Assembly: GCF_963921235.1 (NCBI RefSeq)
Contig: NC_086097.1
Span: forward strand, 204,044,001 to 204,108,000
From: Mobula hypostoma
Lineage: Eukaryota
Direction: 5' to 3'
Length of the DNA: 64,000 nt
Below are positions 1 to 13,977 of the stretch, piece after piece; position 1 is the first letter of the stretch, and each line of letters opens with the position of its first letter. The notes below the pieces were generated by a model. That model was given only the letters and a program-made list of their open reading frames with translations. It searched no databases and had not been told where the DNA came from. Position numbers and translations under genes: made by a program.

Positions 1-2295
1 CCCACAATAGATCTCTGAGGCACTCCACTGGTGACAGATCTCCATGCAGAGTATGACCTGATTACAACCTCTCTTTGCCTTCTGTGGGCAAGCCAGTTCT
101 GGATCCACAAAGCAATGTCCCCTTGGATCTCATGCCTCCTTTCTTTCTCAATAAGCCTTGCATCGGGTACCTTATCAAATGCCTTGCTGAAATCCATATA
201 CACTACATCTACTGCTCTTCCTTCATCAATGTGTTTAGTCATATCCTCAAAAAATTCAATCGGGCTCATAAGGCATGGCCTGCCCTTGACAAAACCATGC
301 TGACTATTCCTAATCATATTAAACCTCTCCAAATGTTCATAAATCCTGCCTCTCAGGATCTTCTCCATCAACTTACAAACCACTGGTCTATAATTTCCTG
401 GACTATCTCTACTCTCTTCTTGAATAAAGGAACAACATCCACAACCTTCCAATACTCTGGAACCTCTCCCCTCCCAATTGATGATGCAAGTATCATCGCC
501 AGAGGCTCAGAAATCTCTTCCCTCACCTCCCACAGTAGCTTGGGATATATCTCATCCGGTCCTGTCACTTATCCAACTTGATGCTTTCCGAAAGCTCCAG
601 CACATCCTCTTACTTAATATCTACATGCTCAAGCTTTTCAGTCTGCTGCAAGTCATCACTGCAATCACCAGTATCCTTTTCCATAGTGAATACTGAAGTA
701 AAGTATTCATTAAGTACCTCTGCTGTTTCCTCCGGTTCCATCCATAATTTCGCACTGTCACATTTGATAGGTCCTATCATTTCACATCTTATCCTTTTGC
801 TCTTCACATCCTTGTAGAATGCCTTGGGCTTTTCTTTAATACCGTCCGCCAAGGCGCTCTTATGGTCCCTTCTAACTCTCCTAATTTCCTTCTTAAACTC
901 CTTCCTGTTAGCGTTTTATCTTCTAGATCTCTAACATTACCTAGCTCTCTGAAACTTTTGTAAGCCTTTCTTTTCTTCTTGACTAGATTTATTACAGCCT
1001 TTCTACACCACAGATCCTGTACCCTACCATAACTTCCCTGTTTCATTGGAATGTACCTATGCAGAACTCTACACAAATATCCCCTGAACATTTGCACATT
1101 TCTTCCGTACTTTTCCCTGAGAACATCTGTTTCCAATTTAAGTTTCCAATTTCCTGCCTGATAACCTCATAGTTCCCTTTACTCCAATTAAACATTTCCC
1201 TAACTTGTCTGTTCCTATCCCTCTTCAATGCTATGGTAAAGGAGATAGAATTATGATCACTATCTCCAAAATGCTCTCCCACTGAGAGATCTGACACCTG
1301 ACCTGGTTCATTTCCCAATACCAAATCAAGTACAGCCTCTCCTCTTGTAGGCATATCTTCCTGAACACAACTAACAAACTCCATCCCACCTAAACCCCTT
1401 GCTCTTGGGAGATGGCCAATCGATATTTAGGAAATTAAAATCGCCCATCATGACAACTCTGTTATTATTACACCTTTCCAGAATCTGTCTCCCTATCTGC
1501 TCCTCAATATCCTTGTTACTATTGGGCGGCCTATAAAAAACACCCAGTAGATTTATTGACCCCTTCCTGTCCCTAACCTCCACCCACAGAGACTCCGTAG
1601 ACAATCCCTCCATGACGTCCACCTTTTCTGCAGCCATGACACTATCTCTGATCAACAGTGCCACGCCCCCATCTCTTTTCCCTCCCTCCCTGTCCTTCCT
1701 GAAACATCTAAAACCCGGCACTTGAGTAATCATTCCTGTCCCTGAACCATCCAAGTCTCTGTAATGGCCACCACATCATATATCCAAGTACTGATCCACG
1801 CTCTAAGCTCATCCGCTTTGTTCACAATACTCCTTGCATTAAAATAGGCGCATCTCAAACCTACGGTCTGATCGCGTCCCTTCTCTATCACCTGCCTATC
1901 CTCCCTCTTGCACTGTCTACAAGCTTGCTGTATTTGTGAGCCAATCTCCTCTTCCTCAGTCTCTTCAGTTCAGTTCCCACCGCCCAATAACTCTAGTTTA
2001 AACTCTCCCCAGTAGCCTTAACAAACCACCCCGCCAGGATATTGGTCCCCCTGGGATTCAAGTTCAACCCATCCTTTTTGTACAGGTCACACCTGCCCCA
2101 AATGAGGTCCCAATAATCCAGAAATCTGAATCCCTGTCCCCTGCTCCAGTCCCTCAGCTACGAATTTATTCTCCACCTCATTCTATTCCTATTCTCACTG
2201 TCGCGAGGCACAGGCGGTAATCCCGAGATTACTGCCTTTGCGGTCCTGCTTCTCAACTTCCTTCCTAACTCCCTGTACTATTTTTTCAGGACCTC
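1..2295 (-). mobile_element. CR1-clade LINE, decayed (ORF1 esterase end, APE endonuclease, start of RT)
   Basis: Minus ORFs 1371..1754 (GGVALLIRD, GVFYRPPN, MGDFNF), 1043..1384 (LDLVL, SDHN), 610..852, 368..568 (GPDEIYPKLL, VVPLFKK). Confidence 0.9.
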
Positions 2296-4130
2296 TTTTC
2301 AGGACAGTGACACATCCTGTCAGAATGCTGTCCACGGTACATCTATAGAAGTTTTCGGGGAGTGTTTTAGTTGACAAACCAAATCTCTTCAAGCTCCCAA
2401 TGAAAAATAGCAACTGCCTTGCCTTCTTTTTGCTGCATCGATATGCTGGTCCTCAGAGATCTTGACAGCCAGGATCTTGAAATTACTCAGTCTCTACAAT
2501 TCTGATCCCTCTATGAGGATTGGAACATATTCCTTCATCTTACCCTTTCTGAAGTCCAAAATAAACTTTTATCTTACTATCATCGAGTGCAAGGTTGTTG
2601 CTGCGACACCACTCAACTAGCTGGTATATCTCACTCCTGTATGCCCTCTCATCTCCATCTGCAATTCTACCAACAATGCTTGTATCATCAGTGAATTTTA
2701 TTGACAGTATTTGAGCTATACATAGCCACACAGTCATTGGTACAGAGGGATTAGAGCAGTGGGTTAAACTCACACTCCTGAGGTTCACAAGTGTTGATCG
2801 TCAGTGAGGAAGGGGTATTATCACCAATCCACACAGATTGCGACCTTCCGGTTAGGAAGTCAAGGATCTAATTGCAGAAGGAGGTACAGAGGCCCAGTTT
2901 CTGTAACTTATCAATCAGGTCTGTGGAGAGATGGTGTTAAACCCTGAGCTAAAGTCAACGAACAGCATCCTGACATAGGTGTTTGTATTGGCCGGGTAAT
3001 CTAAGGCCGTGTGAAGAGTCATTGAGATTGCGTCTGCCATAGACCTATTATGGTGATAGGCAAATTGCAGTGGTCCAGGTCCTTGCTGAAGCAGGACTTC
3101 ATTCTAGTCAAGACCAACCTCTTAAAACATTTCATAACCGTAGATGTGAGTGCTACTGGACAATAGTTATTAAGGCAGCTCACACTACTCTTCTTAGGCA
3201 CGGGTATTATTGTTGCCTTTTTGAAGCAGGTGGGAACTTTCAACTGTAGCAGTGAGAGATTGAAAATGTCTTTGAATACTCCCACCAGTCGGTTGGCACA
3301 AGTTTTCAGAGCCTTACCAAGTACTCCATTGGGGCCTGCTGCCTTCCGAGGGTTCACCCTCCTTAAGGACGGCCTAACATCGGCCTCCAAGATAGAGTTC
3401 ACAGGGTCAACGAATGCAGCAGGGATCTTCACAGCTGTAGCTATATTCTTCCTTTCAAAGTGGGCATAGAAGGTGTTGAGTTCATCTGATAGTGAATCAT
3501 TGCTGCCATTCATGCTATAGGGTTTCGCATTGTAGGAAGTAATGTCTTGCAAATCCTGCCAGAGTTGACGTACATCCGATGTCGCCTCCAACCTCACTCA
3601 GAATTGTCTTTTTGCACTTGATATAGCCCTCTGCACATCATGCCTGGTTTTCTGATACAGACTCGGGTTTACCAGACGTAAAAGCCACAGATCCAGCCCT
3701 CAGCAGACAACATACCTCCTGGTTCAACCATGGCTTTTGGTTTGGGAATATACAGCAAGTTTTTATGGGCACATGCTCATCCACAGTGGTTTTAATAAAG
3801 TTGTGAACAACTGTGGCATACTCATCCAGGTTCAGTGATGAATTCCTGAGTACAGTTCAGTCCACCAATGTGAGCGCTCCTGTGATTTCCTTGTCCATAC
3901 CTTCTTTGTCCTCATTACTGATACTGCAGTCTTCAGTCTCTGCCTACAGTCAGCCAGCTGATCAGACTTTCCGAAGTGTAGATGTGGAATAGCACAGTAA
4001 GCATTCTTGATCTTAGTGTAACAGTGCTCCAATGCATTGTTTCATCTGGTACTACAGGTGATTTGTTGATGGTAGTTATTTTGTGACTTTTTCAGGCTGG
4101 CCTGGTTAAAATACCCCAAAATGATGGTGC
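2296..4130 (-). mobile_element. Rex1/Babar-clade LINE, decayed
   Basis: ORF 3019..3597 (PRKAAGPNGV, PTCFKKATIIPVPKK, PVALTSTVMKCF); 2540..2788 ([16 protein letters not shown]). Confidence 0.85.
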
Positions 4131-4895
4131 ACATTCTAGGGAATAAAGTTCTAACCTATTCAATCTTTCCTTGTAATGCAGGTCTTCCAGTCCAGGCAAC
4201 ATCCTTGTGAATTTTCTCTGTAATTTTCAATTTTATTTACATTACCTCCTGTAGGTAAGTGACCAAAACTGCACACAGTACTCCGAATTAGGCCTCACCA
4301 ACGTCTTTTCTAACTTCAGCATAACATCCCAAACCCTGTACTTGAGCAATGAAAGCCAATGTGCCAAAAGCTTTTTCTAATGGACCTATCGACCCGTGAC
4401 ACCATTTTAAATGAATTATGGGCCTGTATTCCCAAGCCCCTGCACTCATCAGTGTCCTACCTTTCACTGTGTAAGACCTAACATGTTTGGTTTTCACATA
4501 GGGCAACACCTCACAGTTGTCTGCATTAAATTCCGTCTGTCATTTTTTGGCTCATTTTTCCAACTGTTTGAAATGCCCCAGCAAGCTTTGATAGCCTTCC
4601 TCGCTATTCACTTCACCCCCAATCTTGGTGCTATCCAGAAATTTATTGATTCAGTTAACCACATTATGATCCTGATCATTGACATGAATGACAAACAATG
4701 GACCAAGCACTGATCCCTGGGATACTGCACTAGTCACAGCCCTCCAGTCAGAGAGGCAACCATCTACTGCTGCTCCCTGGCTTCTCCCTCAAAGCCAATT
4801 TACTACCTCATATTGAATGCTGAGCGACTGAGCCTTCTTGACCAACCTCCTATGTGGGACCTTGTCAAATGCCTTGCTGAAGTCCATGTAGACAA
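4131..4895 (-). mobile_element. CR1 LINE RT fragment
   Basis: Nucleotide similarity to other CR1 copies in the window (gtccatgtagacaa, ccaaaactgcacacagtactcc). Confidence 0.7.
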
Positions 4896-7460
4896 TATTA
4901 TTTTAAAAGGAAGGTTAGAATTTGTTGGTATCAAATTGTCCAAAGGGAAAAGTTCACTTTTATGTAGGTTTAATTTATAACCTGAAAACTGGCTAAAACA
5001 GGAGAGTAAAGAAAGCACATGGGGTAATGAAGTCTCAACATTAGAAATAAATGGCAGCAAATCATCAGCATACAACAAGACTTTATGAATAGTGTCTCTC
5101 CTTAAAATACCAGTGATATCATTAGATTCTCGAAAAGCAATGGCTGAAGGTTCTAAGGCCAGATCAAAAAGCAAAAGGCTCAACGGACAACCTTGTCTAG
5201 CGCCACGTTGAAGCTTAAATGGTTTGGAGTTATGAAAATTAGTGATTACCCTAGCAGAAGGGGCTAAATAAAGTAATTTAATCCATTGAATGAAAACAGG
5301 TCCAAAATTAAATTTTTCTAAAGTTTTAAATAAATAATTCCATTCAACTCTGTCGAAAGCTTTCTCAGCATCTAGGAATACCACACATTCCGATACCATG
5401 TTAGAAGGAGAATAAGTAACATTTAATAACCGGTGAATATTAAAGTGAGAATATCGATTTTTGATAAATCCGGTTTGGTTATCAGAAATGACAGATGGTA
5501 AAATATTTTCAATCCTATGGGCCAAAACTTTAGATAAGATCTTAGCATCAACATTAAGTAAAGAAATTGGTCTATAAGAAGAGCATTCAGTTGGATCCTT
5601 ATTCTTTTTAAGAATGAGTGAAATGGAAACCTCATAAAAAGTTTGAGGAAGCCTGCCCAACTTAACTGAATCTGAAAACTGAATGTAAGTGAGGTATAAG
5701 CAATGAGGTAAAGGTCTTGTAAAGTTCTCTAGAAAATCCATCTGGACCCAGAGCTTTCCTCAAATATAATGAGCGCACAGCATCAACAATTTCCTCAAAA
5801 GAAATAAGTTGTTCCAACAATTTTCTGTTATCGGCAGAAAATGTAGGAATATTTAGTTGACCTAAAAAATTGTTCATTACAGTATCATCCTTAGAAGATT
5901 CAGAACTACAAAATTTAGAGTAAAATTCTCTGGAAGTGTCATTTATTTCTAAATAATCAGTTGTCCTATCACCATTAGCTTTGCATATGGTTGAATTAAC
6001 TCTATCAAAATCAATATATTACCTAAATTTATATATCTTTTACAGGCATTGCCGGTTTTCATTCCTAAATCCTTTTCCGACTCTCTTGACTCTATTATAT
6101 CTTCTTCTATCTGGAAGAACAAGCGTTCTAGATTAAATAAAATTCATCTTCAGAAAGATAAAAAGAATAGAGGATTAGCCTTACCAAACTTTAGATTTTA
6201 TTATTGGGCAGTTAATATAAGAAATCTTACATTTTGGTTATATTATATAAATCGTGAGGATTGCCCGATGTGGGTTTTTTTAGAAGCTAATTCTGTTGAT
6301 AAATTCTCTATTATTTCTCTTCTTGGATCCTCACTTCCTTTGTCTTTGAGTAAATTAACTGATAATCTGGTAGCTAGACTATGAGGATTTGGATACAATT
6401 CTGAAAATATTTTGGCTTATTGAGGTTTTCTCTTTCGAGTCCCATTTTTTCTAATTTTTTTTAAACCCTCTATGATTGATGTGGCTTTTAAAGAATGGAA
6501 TAGATTAGGTATTAAATGCTTTCAGGACTTGTTTGTAGAGGGAAGTCTTTTCTCGTTTGAACAATTGTCAACTAAATATAGTTTACAGAAAACTCATTTT
6601 TTTCCGATATCTACAAACAAGAGATTTTTTACGGTCTCAAATAAGTACATTTCCTAAAAGTCCTGATAAGAATCTACTAGATGCAATCTTTAATCTGAAA
6701 ACTTTTTATAATGAATCTATATCTAATATTTATAATATGCTGTTGGGAATGAGAAGTGTTCCTTTAGATAAAGTTAAAAATCTTTGGGAACAAGATTTAC
6801 AGACTTCAATTTCTGAGGAAACTTGGGATCAAATTTTTAAATTGGTCAACACTTCGTCGTTATGTGCCCGTCACTCTCTCCTTCAATTTAAAGTGGTCCA
6901 TAGGGCCCATATGACGAAGGACAAGTTGTCTCATTTTTATATAGATATATCTCCGTATTGTGATAAGTGTAATAATGGAGAAGCTTCACTCAATTTCATG
7001 TTTTGGACATGTCCGAGTCTTGGAAAATATTGGAGAGAAGTATTTCAAACCTTTTCGATATTTTTTAAAGTAAATTTCAAGCCTAATCCTTTGACTGCTT
7101 TATTTGGTATTGCTGGAGGAAAGGATATTATTTTGGAGCTACCTGATTTGCACATTTTGGATTTTACGTCCCTTATAGCCAGAAGGACGCTTTTGCTTAA
7201 ATGGAATAATGTGGCCCCTCCTATTCATGCCCAATGGTTACGTGACGTGATGTCATGTTTAAAATTAGAGAAGATTCGATGTTCGATCTTTGAATCTAAT
7301 CAAGACTTTCAAACATTGTGGGGACCCTTTCTGAATTATTTTCAAAACCTTTGATTTGCTGTTAAAGCACAGATGATGACTCACAATCTTTTTTCTTTTT
7401 TTTCTATTAATCAGCTTCGGTCTTGGTAGTGGGTTAGATTTTTTTTATATATAAAAAAAT
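4896..7460 (+). mobile_element. L1-clade LINE, 5'-truncated with 5' inversion (4896-~5986 minus, ~5987-7460 plus)
   Basis: Minus ORF 4803..5741 has L1-type RT (YRPISLLNVDAKILSK, LDAEKAFDRVEW, RQGCPLS, YADD). Plus ORFs 6049..6384 and 6557..7354 give the post-RT and C-terminal Cys-rich region (CDKC..FWTC). A-rich end ~7452-7459. Confidence 0.85.
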
Positions 7461-7469
7461 TATTATTAT

Positions 7470-9450
7470 CCTCAGCCACTAAGCTCATAATTCCCATGCC
7501 CCGTACTGCTTGGTTTTATCTCCTCCCCAAGATCCACAAGCCTGACTGTCCTGGTAGACCCATAGTTTCTGCCCACTCTTGCCCCACCAAACTTGTATCT
7601 GCCTACCTGGACTCCATTTTGTCACCCATAGTTCAGTCCCTCCCCACCTACATCCGGGATACATCCCATGTCCTCCACCTCTTCAATAGCTTCCAGTTCC
7701 CCGGTCCCGACCGCTTCATTTTCACTATGGATGTCCAATCCTTATACACCTCCATTCCCCATCAAGAAGGCCTCAAAGCCCTCCGCTATTTCTGGACAAT
7801 AGACCTCACCAGTTCCCCACACCACCACCCTCCTCCGGTTGGCGGAACTGGTACTCACTCTTAATAACTTCTCTTTTGGCTCTTCCCACTTTCTTCAGAC
7901 AAAGTGTGTAGCTATGGGCACTCGCATGGGCCCCAGCTATGCCTGCCTCTTCGTTGGTTATGTGGAACAGTCTGTGCTCCAAACCTATACCGGTACTGCT
8001 CCCCAATTTTTCCTTCGCTACACTGATTGGTGCTGCTTCCTGCACCCATGCTGAGCTCGTCAATTTTATTAACTTTACTTCAAACTTCCACCCAGCCCTC
8101 AAATTCACTTGGTCTATCTCGGACACTTCTCTTCCCTTTCTAGATCTCTCGGTCTCCATTTCTGGAGACAGACTATCCACTGACATCCTCTACAAGCCCA
8201 CTGACTCTCATAATTACCTCGACTATACCTCTTCCCACTCTGCTACATGGAAAAATGCCATTCCCTATTCCCAGTTCCTCTGTCTTCGCCGCATCTGCTC
8301 CCAGGATGAGGCTTTCCGTTCCAGGACATCTCAAATGTCCTCTTTCTTTAAGGATCCTGGTTTCCCTTCTGCTGTCATCAATGATGCCCTCACCCGCATC
8401 TCCTCCATTTCCCCCACTTCAGCCCTCACCCCATCCTCCCGCCACCACAACAGGGACAGAGTTCCCCTTATCCTCACCTACCACCCTACCAGCCTCCGGG
8501 TCCAGCACATTATCCTCTGCAACTTCCGTCACCTTCAACAGGACCCCACAACTAAGCACATCTTTCCCTCTCCACCCCCTCCCCTTTCCGCAGGGATCGT
8601 TCCCTCCGCGACTCCCTTGTCCACACATCCCTCCCCACAGATTTCCCACCCGGCACTTATCCCTGTAAGCGTAGGTGCTACACCTGTCCCTACATCTCCT
8701 CTCTTGCCACCATTCAGGGCCCCAAATAGTCCTTCCAGGTGAGGCAATACTTCACTTGTGAGTCTGTTGGGGTCATCTACTGCATCTGATGCTCCCAGTG
8801 CAGCCTCCTCTACATCGGTGAAACCCGACGCAGATTGGGGGACCGCTTCGTCAAGCACCTCCTCTCGTCCACCACAACAGACAGGATCTCCTGGTTGCCA
8901 CCCACTTCAACTCTGCTTCACATTTCCATTTGGATATGTCCATACACGGCCTCCTCTATTGCTATGATGAGGCTAAACTCAGGTTGGAGGAGCAACACCT
9001 CATATACCGTCTAGGTAGTCTCCAGCCCCTTGGTATGAACATTAAATTCTCCAACTTCCGGTAATTCCCTCCCCCTCCCTTCCCCTATCTCAGTTTCACT
9101 CTGCCCCCTCCCCCAGCTGCCTACTACCTCCCTCATGATTCCACCTCCTTCTACTACCCATTGTATTTTGCCCCAATCCTTCTTCACCTTTCGTGCCTAT
9201 CCCCTCCCTGCTTACCACCCCCCCCCATCCCTTTGTCTTTCCCTTTACTGGTTTTTCACCTGGAACCTACCAGCCTTCTCCTTCCCACCCTCCCCCCACC
9301 TCCTTTATATGGTCTCTTCAGTCCTGACGAAGGGTTCTGGCCTGAAACGTTGACTGATCGTTTCCACGGATGCTGCCCGACCTGCTGAGTTCCTCCAGTG
9401 TGTTGTGAGTGTTGCTTTGACCCCAGCATCTGCAGAGTATTTTGTGTTTA
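7470..9450 (+). mobile_element. Penelope-like element (RT + GIY-YIG endonuclease + 3' pseudo-LTR), frameshifted
   Basis: FYLLPKIHKP..PGRPIVS, TMDVQSLYTSIPH, AMGTRMGPSYA, LPFLDLSV, YKPTDSHNYL; GIY-YIG region ~8740-9060; C/T-rich tail ending in a hammerhead motif. Confidence 0.9.
9318..9357 (+). ncRNA. Minimal type-I hammerhead ribozyme motif in PLE terminus
   Basis: TCAGTC-CTGACGA-AGG(gttctgg)CCT-GAAACGTT-GACTGA: core boxes, 6-bp stem I, 3-bp stem II, palindromic stem III. Confidence 0.75.
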
Positions 9451-10060
9451 CAGGCCTTGGAGATCTGCCCACCCTGATTTTCCTCAAGGTCGCAAATACC
9501 TCCTCTGTAATCTGTTGGGTCCTTGACCCCTCTGATGCTTTGCCTCACTTCTATGGACTCTATCCATCTCCAGAGTAAATACTGATGCAAAAAGAGCATT
9601 TAAGAATTTTCCCCATCTCTTTTGGCTCCACACATGGATTACCATTCTGATCTTCCAGAGGACCAATTCTGTCCCTTGCAATCCTGTTGATCTTAACATA
9701 TCTGTAAAAGCCCTTAGGATTCTCCTTCGCCTTCTGCTAGAGCAACCTCATGCCTTCTTTTAATCCTGATTGCTTCCTTAAGTATTTTCTTGCATTTCTT
9801 ATACATCTCAAATACCTCATTTATTCCTATCGGCCTACCTATCCTTTTCCATAATTACCTTGAAGCTAATGACATTAGGATAAAGTGTTCCCCTACACAA
9901 ACCTCTGTCACCTGCCTTGATTCATTCCCTAATACCAGATGAATTATTGCACACTCTCTCATTGGGACTTCTATGTACTGATTAAGCAAACCTTCCGGAA
10001 CACATTTGACAAACTCTATTCCATCTAGTCCTTTTGCAGTATGGGAGAACTAGTCAATAT
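9451..10060 (-). mobile_element. CR1 LINE fragments
   Basis: ORF 9484..9699 (FLNALFASVFT); similar to other CR1 copies. Confidence 0.65.
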
Positions 10061-12389
10061 GGTACATGATTGAATAAACTATAGAATTGAATTTATTTAC
10101 ATAGTTGCATGTTTTTACTTTGACCGTAGAAAATGCTTCTTCTGAAAATACTGTATATGCATTTAACTTCAAAAGTGAGGATTTGTAATTCAGGAAAAAT
10201 TTCTAAACATGCTAAATAGCTCTTTCTTGAGCTTGCAAAATGGTTTGACAGCTGTCTCCTATCATGTATTTTGTTAATATCACAAGTTTAACAAAATAGA
10301 GACTTGTGTTTTATTTAAACCAATATTTTAAATATTTACAGGGTACTGTGGCGGGAACACTGTTCTTGAGTCATTATTGCAATTCCATATTTTGTTTATG
10401 ATAGAACAAGACCTATAACCCACATTCGTATTACTTAGAAGAGGATGGGTGGGTGAAGGGGGTGGGGTGGATTTTCTGAAATTTTACTTCTGGACCACTT
10501 GATGTTAAATAAAAATGTCTTGAGGTATTTTAAGTTTACTTCCAAAATCGGGACTAGTGGACAAGCAAAGGTTCCCGATGCATTTTGCTTCACAAGTTAT
10601 TTTATAATTATACAGCAGGAAATTGGACTCTGTTTGTTGAAGCAATTGCAAAGCAAGGACTAAAGTTTTCAATACGGTATCTAGCAGTGTTATTAATTAA
10701 AGCACAGTCACTTAAAATGATCACCATATGTTATGCTATTTCAATGAAAAGGCTAGTAATATTATCATTGTCAAAACAGCTAAAATAGGCATTAGAAATC
10801 ATTGTTTGCTTTATTAGGAACAAAAAACTACAATGATTGCAAGAAACACCCTTACTGTTCCTTTGAAGAGATACTTAACGAGTGAAACTTCTTCCTTGAA
10901 TCAGTCGTATGATATATTAAATTATATTGTTATTGAGTGAAATAAGATTGAATTTATCTAGCTAGGGAGATTTCTACATTTGGCTTTCATTAATTATTTT
11001 TTAACATTTGTTTTCTAAATTGTCTAGTTTACAAATGACAATGTGTAAATCGTAGCTCTAAATCTTTTTATATCTAACAATTTCTCACCCATAATTGCAC
11101 AAAAAGTGAGAGCATTGCACTGATTTTAAGTTAGAATAAAAATTCCTGACACCTGAAGTCAATTTCGAATAGGATCAGAATTAAGCAAACTTAAGCAGAA
11201 ATCTAAGGCCCTCCTTCTGGGTATATAGTGCAAATAGGTGGCTACAGTTCCTTGACTTGATGACACTGCAGAAAATATAATTCGTGTGTCTTTTTGATAG
11301 AAATAAATTCAAACTAAGCAATCAGTTTAAGAGCACTTGAAGTTTAAGAGTGAATATATTAAATAAACTCATTAAATAAAAATAAATATCAGTCAAAACC
11401 ACTGGATCCTGGCAATTGCCCAGCTTTCGTTGTAAAGGGCTCCCTTTTCTTAAGCTACAAAGGGAAGAAAGGGTAGTGATGAGTCTTGTGCCAAGTCCAA
11501 TACAAGAGTCAGCTATTCAGTTACGAATATGTTTAGAAGGAAATAATAAAGAATACAATTTACTTATTGAAGTGTCACTGAAAATGTCCAATGCCTCAGT
11601 AAATAGAAAAAAAATACAATTGCCAATTAGCAAATTTCAGGAAAGGTTACTGTAGTGGTCTAATTGTGCCAGTAGTTGGATTGCACTACATCTGCTTTAC
11701 AGGTATAATGCCTAATGTTTCAAGTGGCAAGTGAACACTAATTCTATACCAGAAATACTCCAGCATCAATACTGTTTTGTATTTCCTACTGAGATGAAAG
11801 GACGTTGTTTGGCCCATAGTGTATATGCTGGCTCTGGGAGCATTTCCATCAGTCTCATTCCACCACTTATTTCCCTGGGAACTATTCTTATATGTCCATC
11901 ATCTCCACACTGGTCCTCCTGCCACCAACCTGGGAGTAATTTACAGTACCCAATTAGCCTACGAATCCTTATGTTCTAAGGATGAGTAATTATCCCTCTC
12001 AATTCTTTGGGGTTCTGATGTTCCTGACATTCATTCTTTGTTTTTTTTTCTCTGTTTCTGTATTGTGGATGTCAGCGAAGAGTAAGAATTTCAGGTTGTA
12101 TGCTGTATACGTTCTCTGATATTAAACTGGACCATTGAACCAATGAAAGCAGATCACGTGGCGGAAAGTCAGATGGTATAGGGAGTGCAAGCTTTGATTC
12201 TATTCACTGTTTTCAGATTAAAGTAAGAAAACTTACATGTGCTCTAGCTAAGCTGGTGTTCTTGTTGGATAAATGGAAGAATCCTTGTTCTAGGCTTATC
12301 TGGGAATACTGCTCCAGTTCCTCCTCTGATATGTTGATGTCTGTATTAATGTCACATCCTGTACCCACAGGGAGCTCAATAAAGCTCAT

Positions 12390-12960
12390 AAAACCATAAT
12401 ACCATAAGACATAGGAGCAGAATTAGGCATTTGGCCCATCGAGTCTGCTCCACCATTTCATCATGGCTGATTTATTATCCTTCTCAACACCATTCTCTTG
12501 CCTTTTCCCTGCAACCTTTGACACCTTGACTAATTAAGAGCCTATCAACCTCCATTTTAAATATACCCAATGACTTGGCCTCCACTGCTATCTGAGGCAA
12601 TTAATCCTACAGATTCACCACTCTCTAGCAAAAGAAACTCCTCCTCATCTCTGTTCCAAATGGATGCCCACTTATTCTAAGACTGTGTTCTCTGGTTCTA
12701 GACTCCCTTTCTATAGGAAACATCCTCTCCACATCCACTGTATCTACTGTAGGTCTTTCAATATTCCATAGGTTTCAATGAGATCCCCCTCATTCTTCTA
12801 AACTCCAATGAGTACAGGTCCAGAGCCATCAAACACTCCTCATACATTAACCCTTTCATTCCTGGGATCATTCTTCTCCTCCTCTGGACCCTCTCCAATA
12901 CCAGCACATCTGTGACAAAACTGCTCACAATACTCCAACAGTGGTCTGACCAATAGCTTG
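12390..12960 (-). mobile_element. CR1 3' end with (ccataa)-type tail
   Basis: accataagacataggagcagaattagg terminus shared with copies at ~13980, ~36496, ~50900 and ~60630. Confidence 0.8.
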
Positions 12961-13149
12961 AGCTTCAGTTCATGAATGGTCCATGATTACTACCTCGCTA
13001 TTCCTACTTTCGCACTAACTATTTATTTAGTTTTTTTTATTGTAACTTATGGTAATATTTTTGTCTTGCACTATACTAGTTGCCAAAAAATTTAAAAATT
13101 ATGATGCCTGTCAGTGATAATAAACGTGTTTCTGATGCTGACTCTTCCA

Positions 13150-13745
13150 TTCTGCCATAGTGCAGTGAGCTCCCAACTACACTTCTTACCCCCTCTTTCT
13201 CAAGACAGATCAAAAATAGAACTCTCCAAGAGCTCACCTTCCATCCCACCAGTTTTCACATTCAATGTGTCATCCATTGCAGTTTCTGCCAGCTCCAACA
13301 TGATCCCAACAGCAGCTCCATCTTCTCTTCTCCTTCTCTTTCTACACCTTGCAAGGATCACCCTTTCATCTGAATGCCCGTCCCATCATCACTGCTCATC
13401 CCCATGCAAAGATTCACCTTTATCTTGTCCACTACCCAGTAATACAAACAATCATTCCAGATGAAGTAGTGATTCTAGAGCACTGGAATTGATATTCACA
13501 ATATGTCTCTTCCACACTGCAGAATCCAAATGCAGAGAGGGTGATCACTTTACAGAGTAGTTCCAGTCAGTCTGTAAGGCTGATGCTAGGCTTCCAGTTG
13601 TGTGTCTCTTTAATTCTCAATTCTCTCTTATTCTAACTGGTCTATCTACAGCCTGCCCCAAAATAATTAACAAACAATTTAACTTTCTTCTGGGTGCTTT
13701 ACAATATTCTGGAGTGAACATGAAATTATCCAGTTTCAGATAAAT
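13150..13745 (+). mobile_element. Old Penelope-like relic (GIY-YIG region)
   Basis: Degenerate similarity to 8420-9060 (ctcaccttccatcccacc, cttccagttg..ctttaattc, gtgaacatgaaattatccagtttcag). Confidence 0.55.
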
Positions 13746-13977
13746 GTCCCTCATGTTATTTCCCATTGTTTCCCATTATTGTACTTACGTGATTATGTCC
13801 CATTCTCACCTCATTTCTGTACAATGCCTCCCTAATAGTCAGTACTCATACCCCTTATCATCTGATCAAACTTAACCTATCTCCAAATGGTCTTTTGACT
13901 TACACCTCACTCCTTAGCCTTGTTTTGCTTTGAACATTTCAAGCCCTGTTCAAAGTTCGAAGTTCAATGTAAATTTA

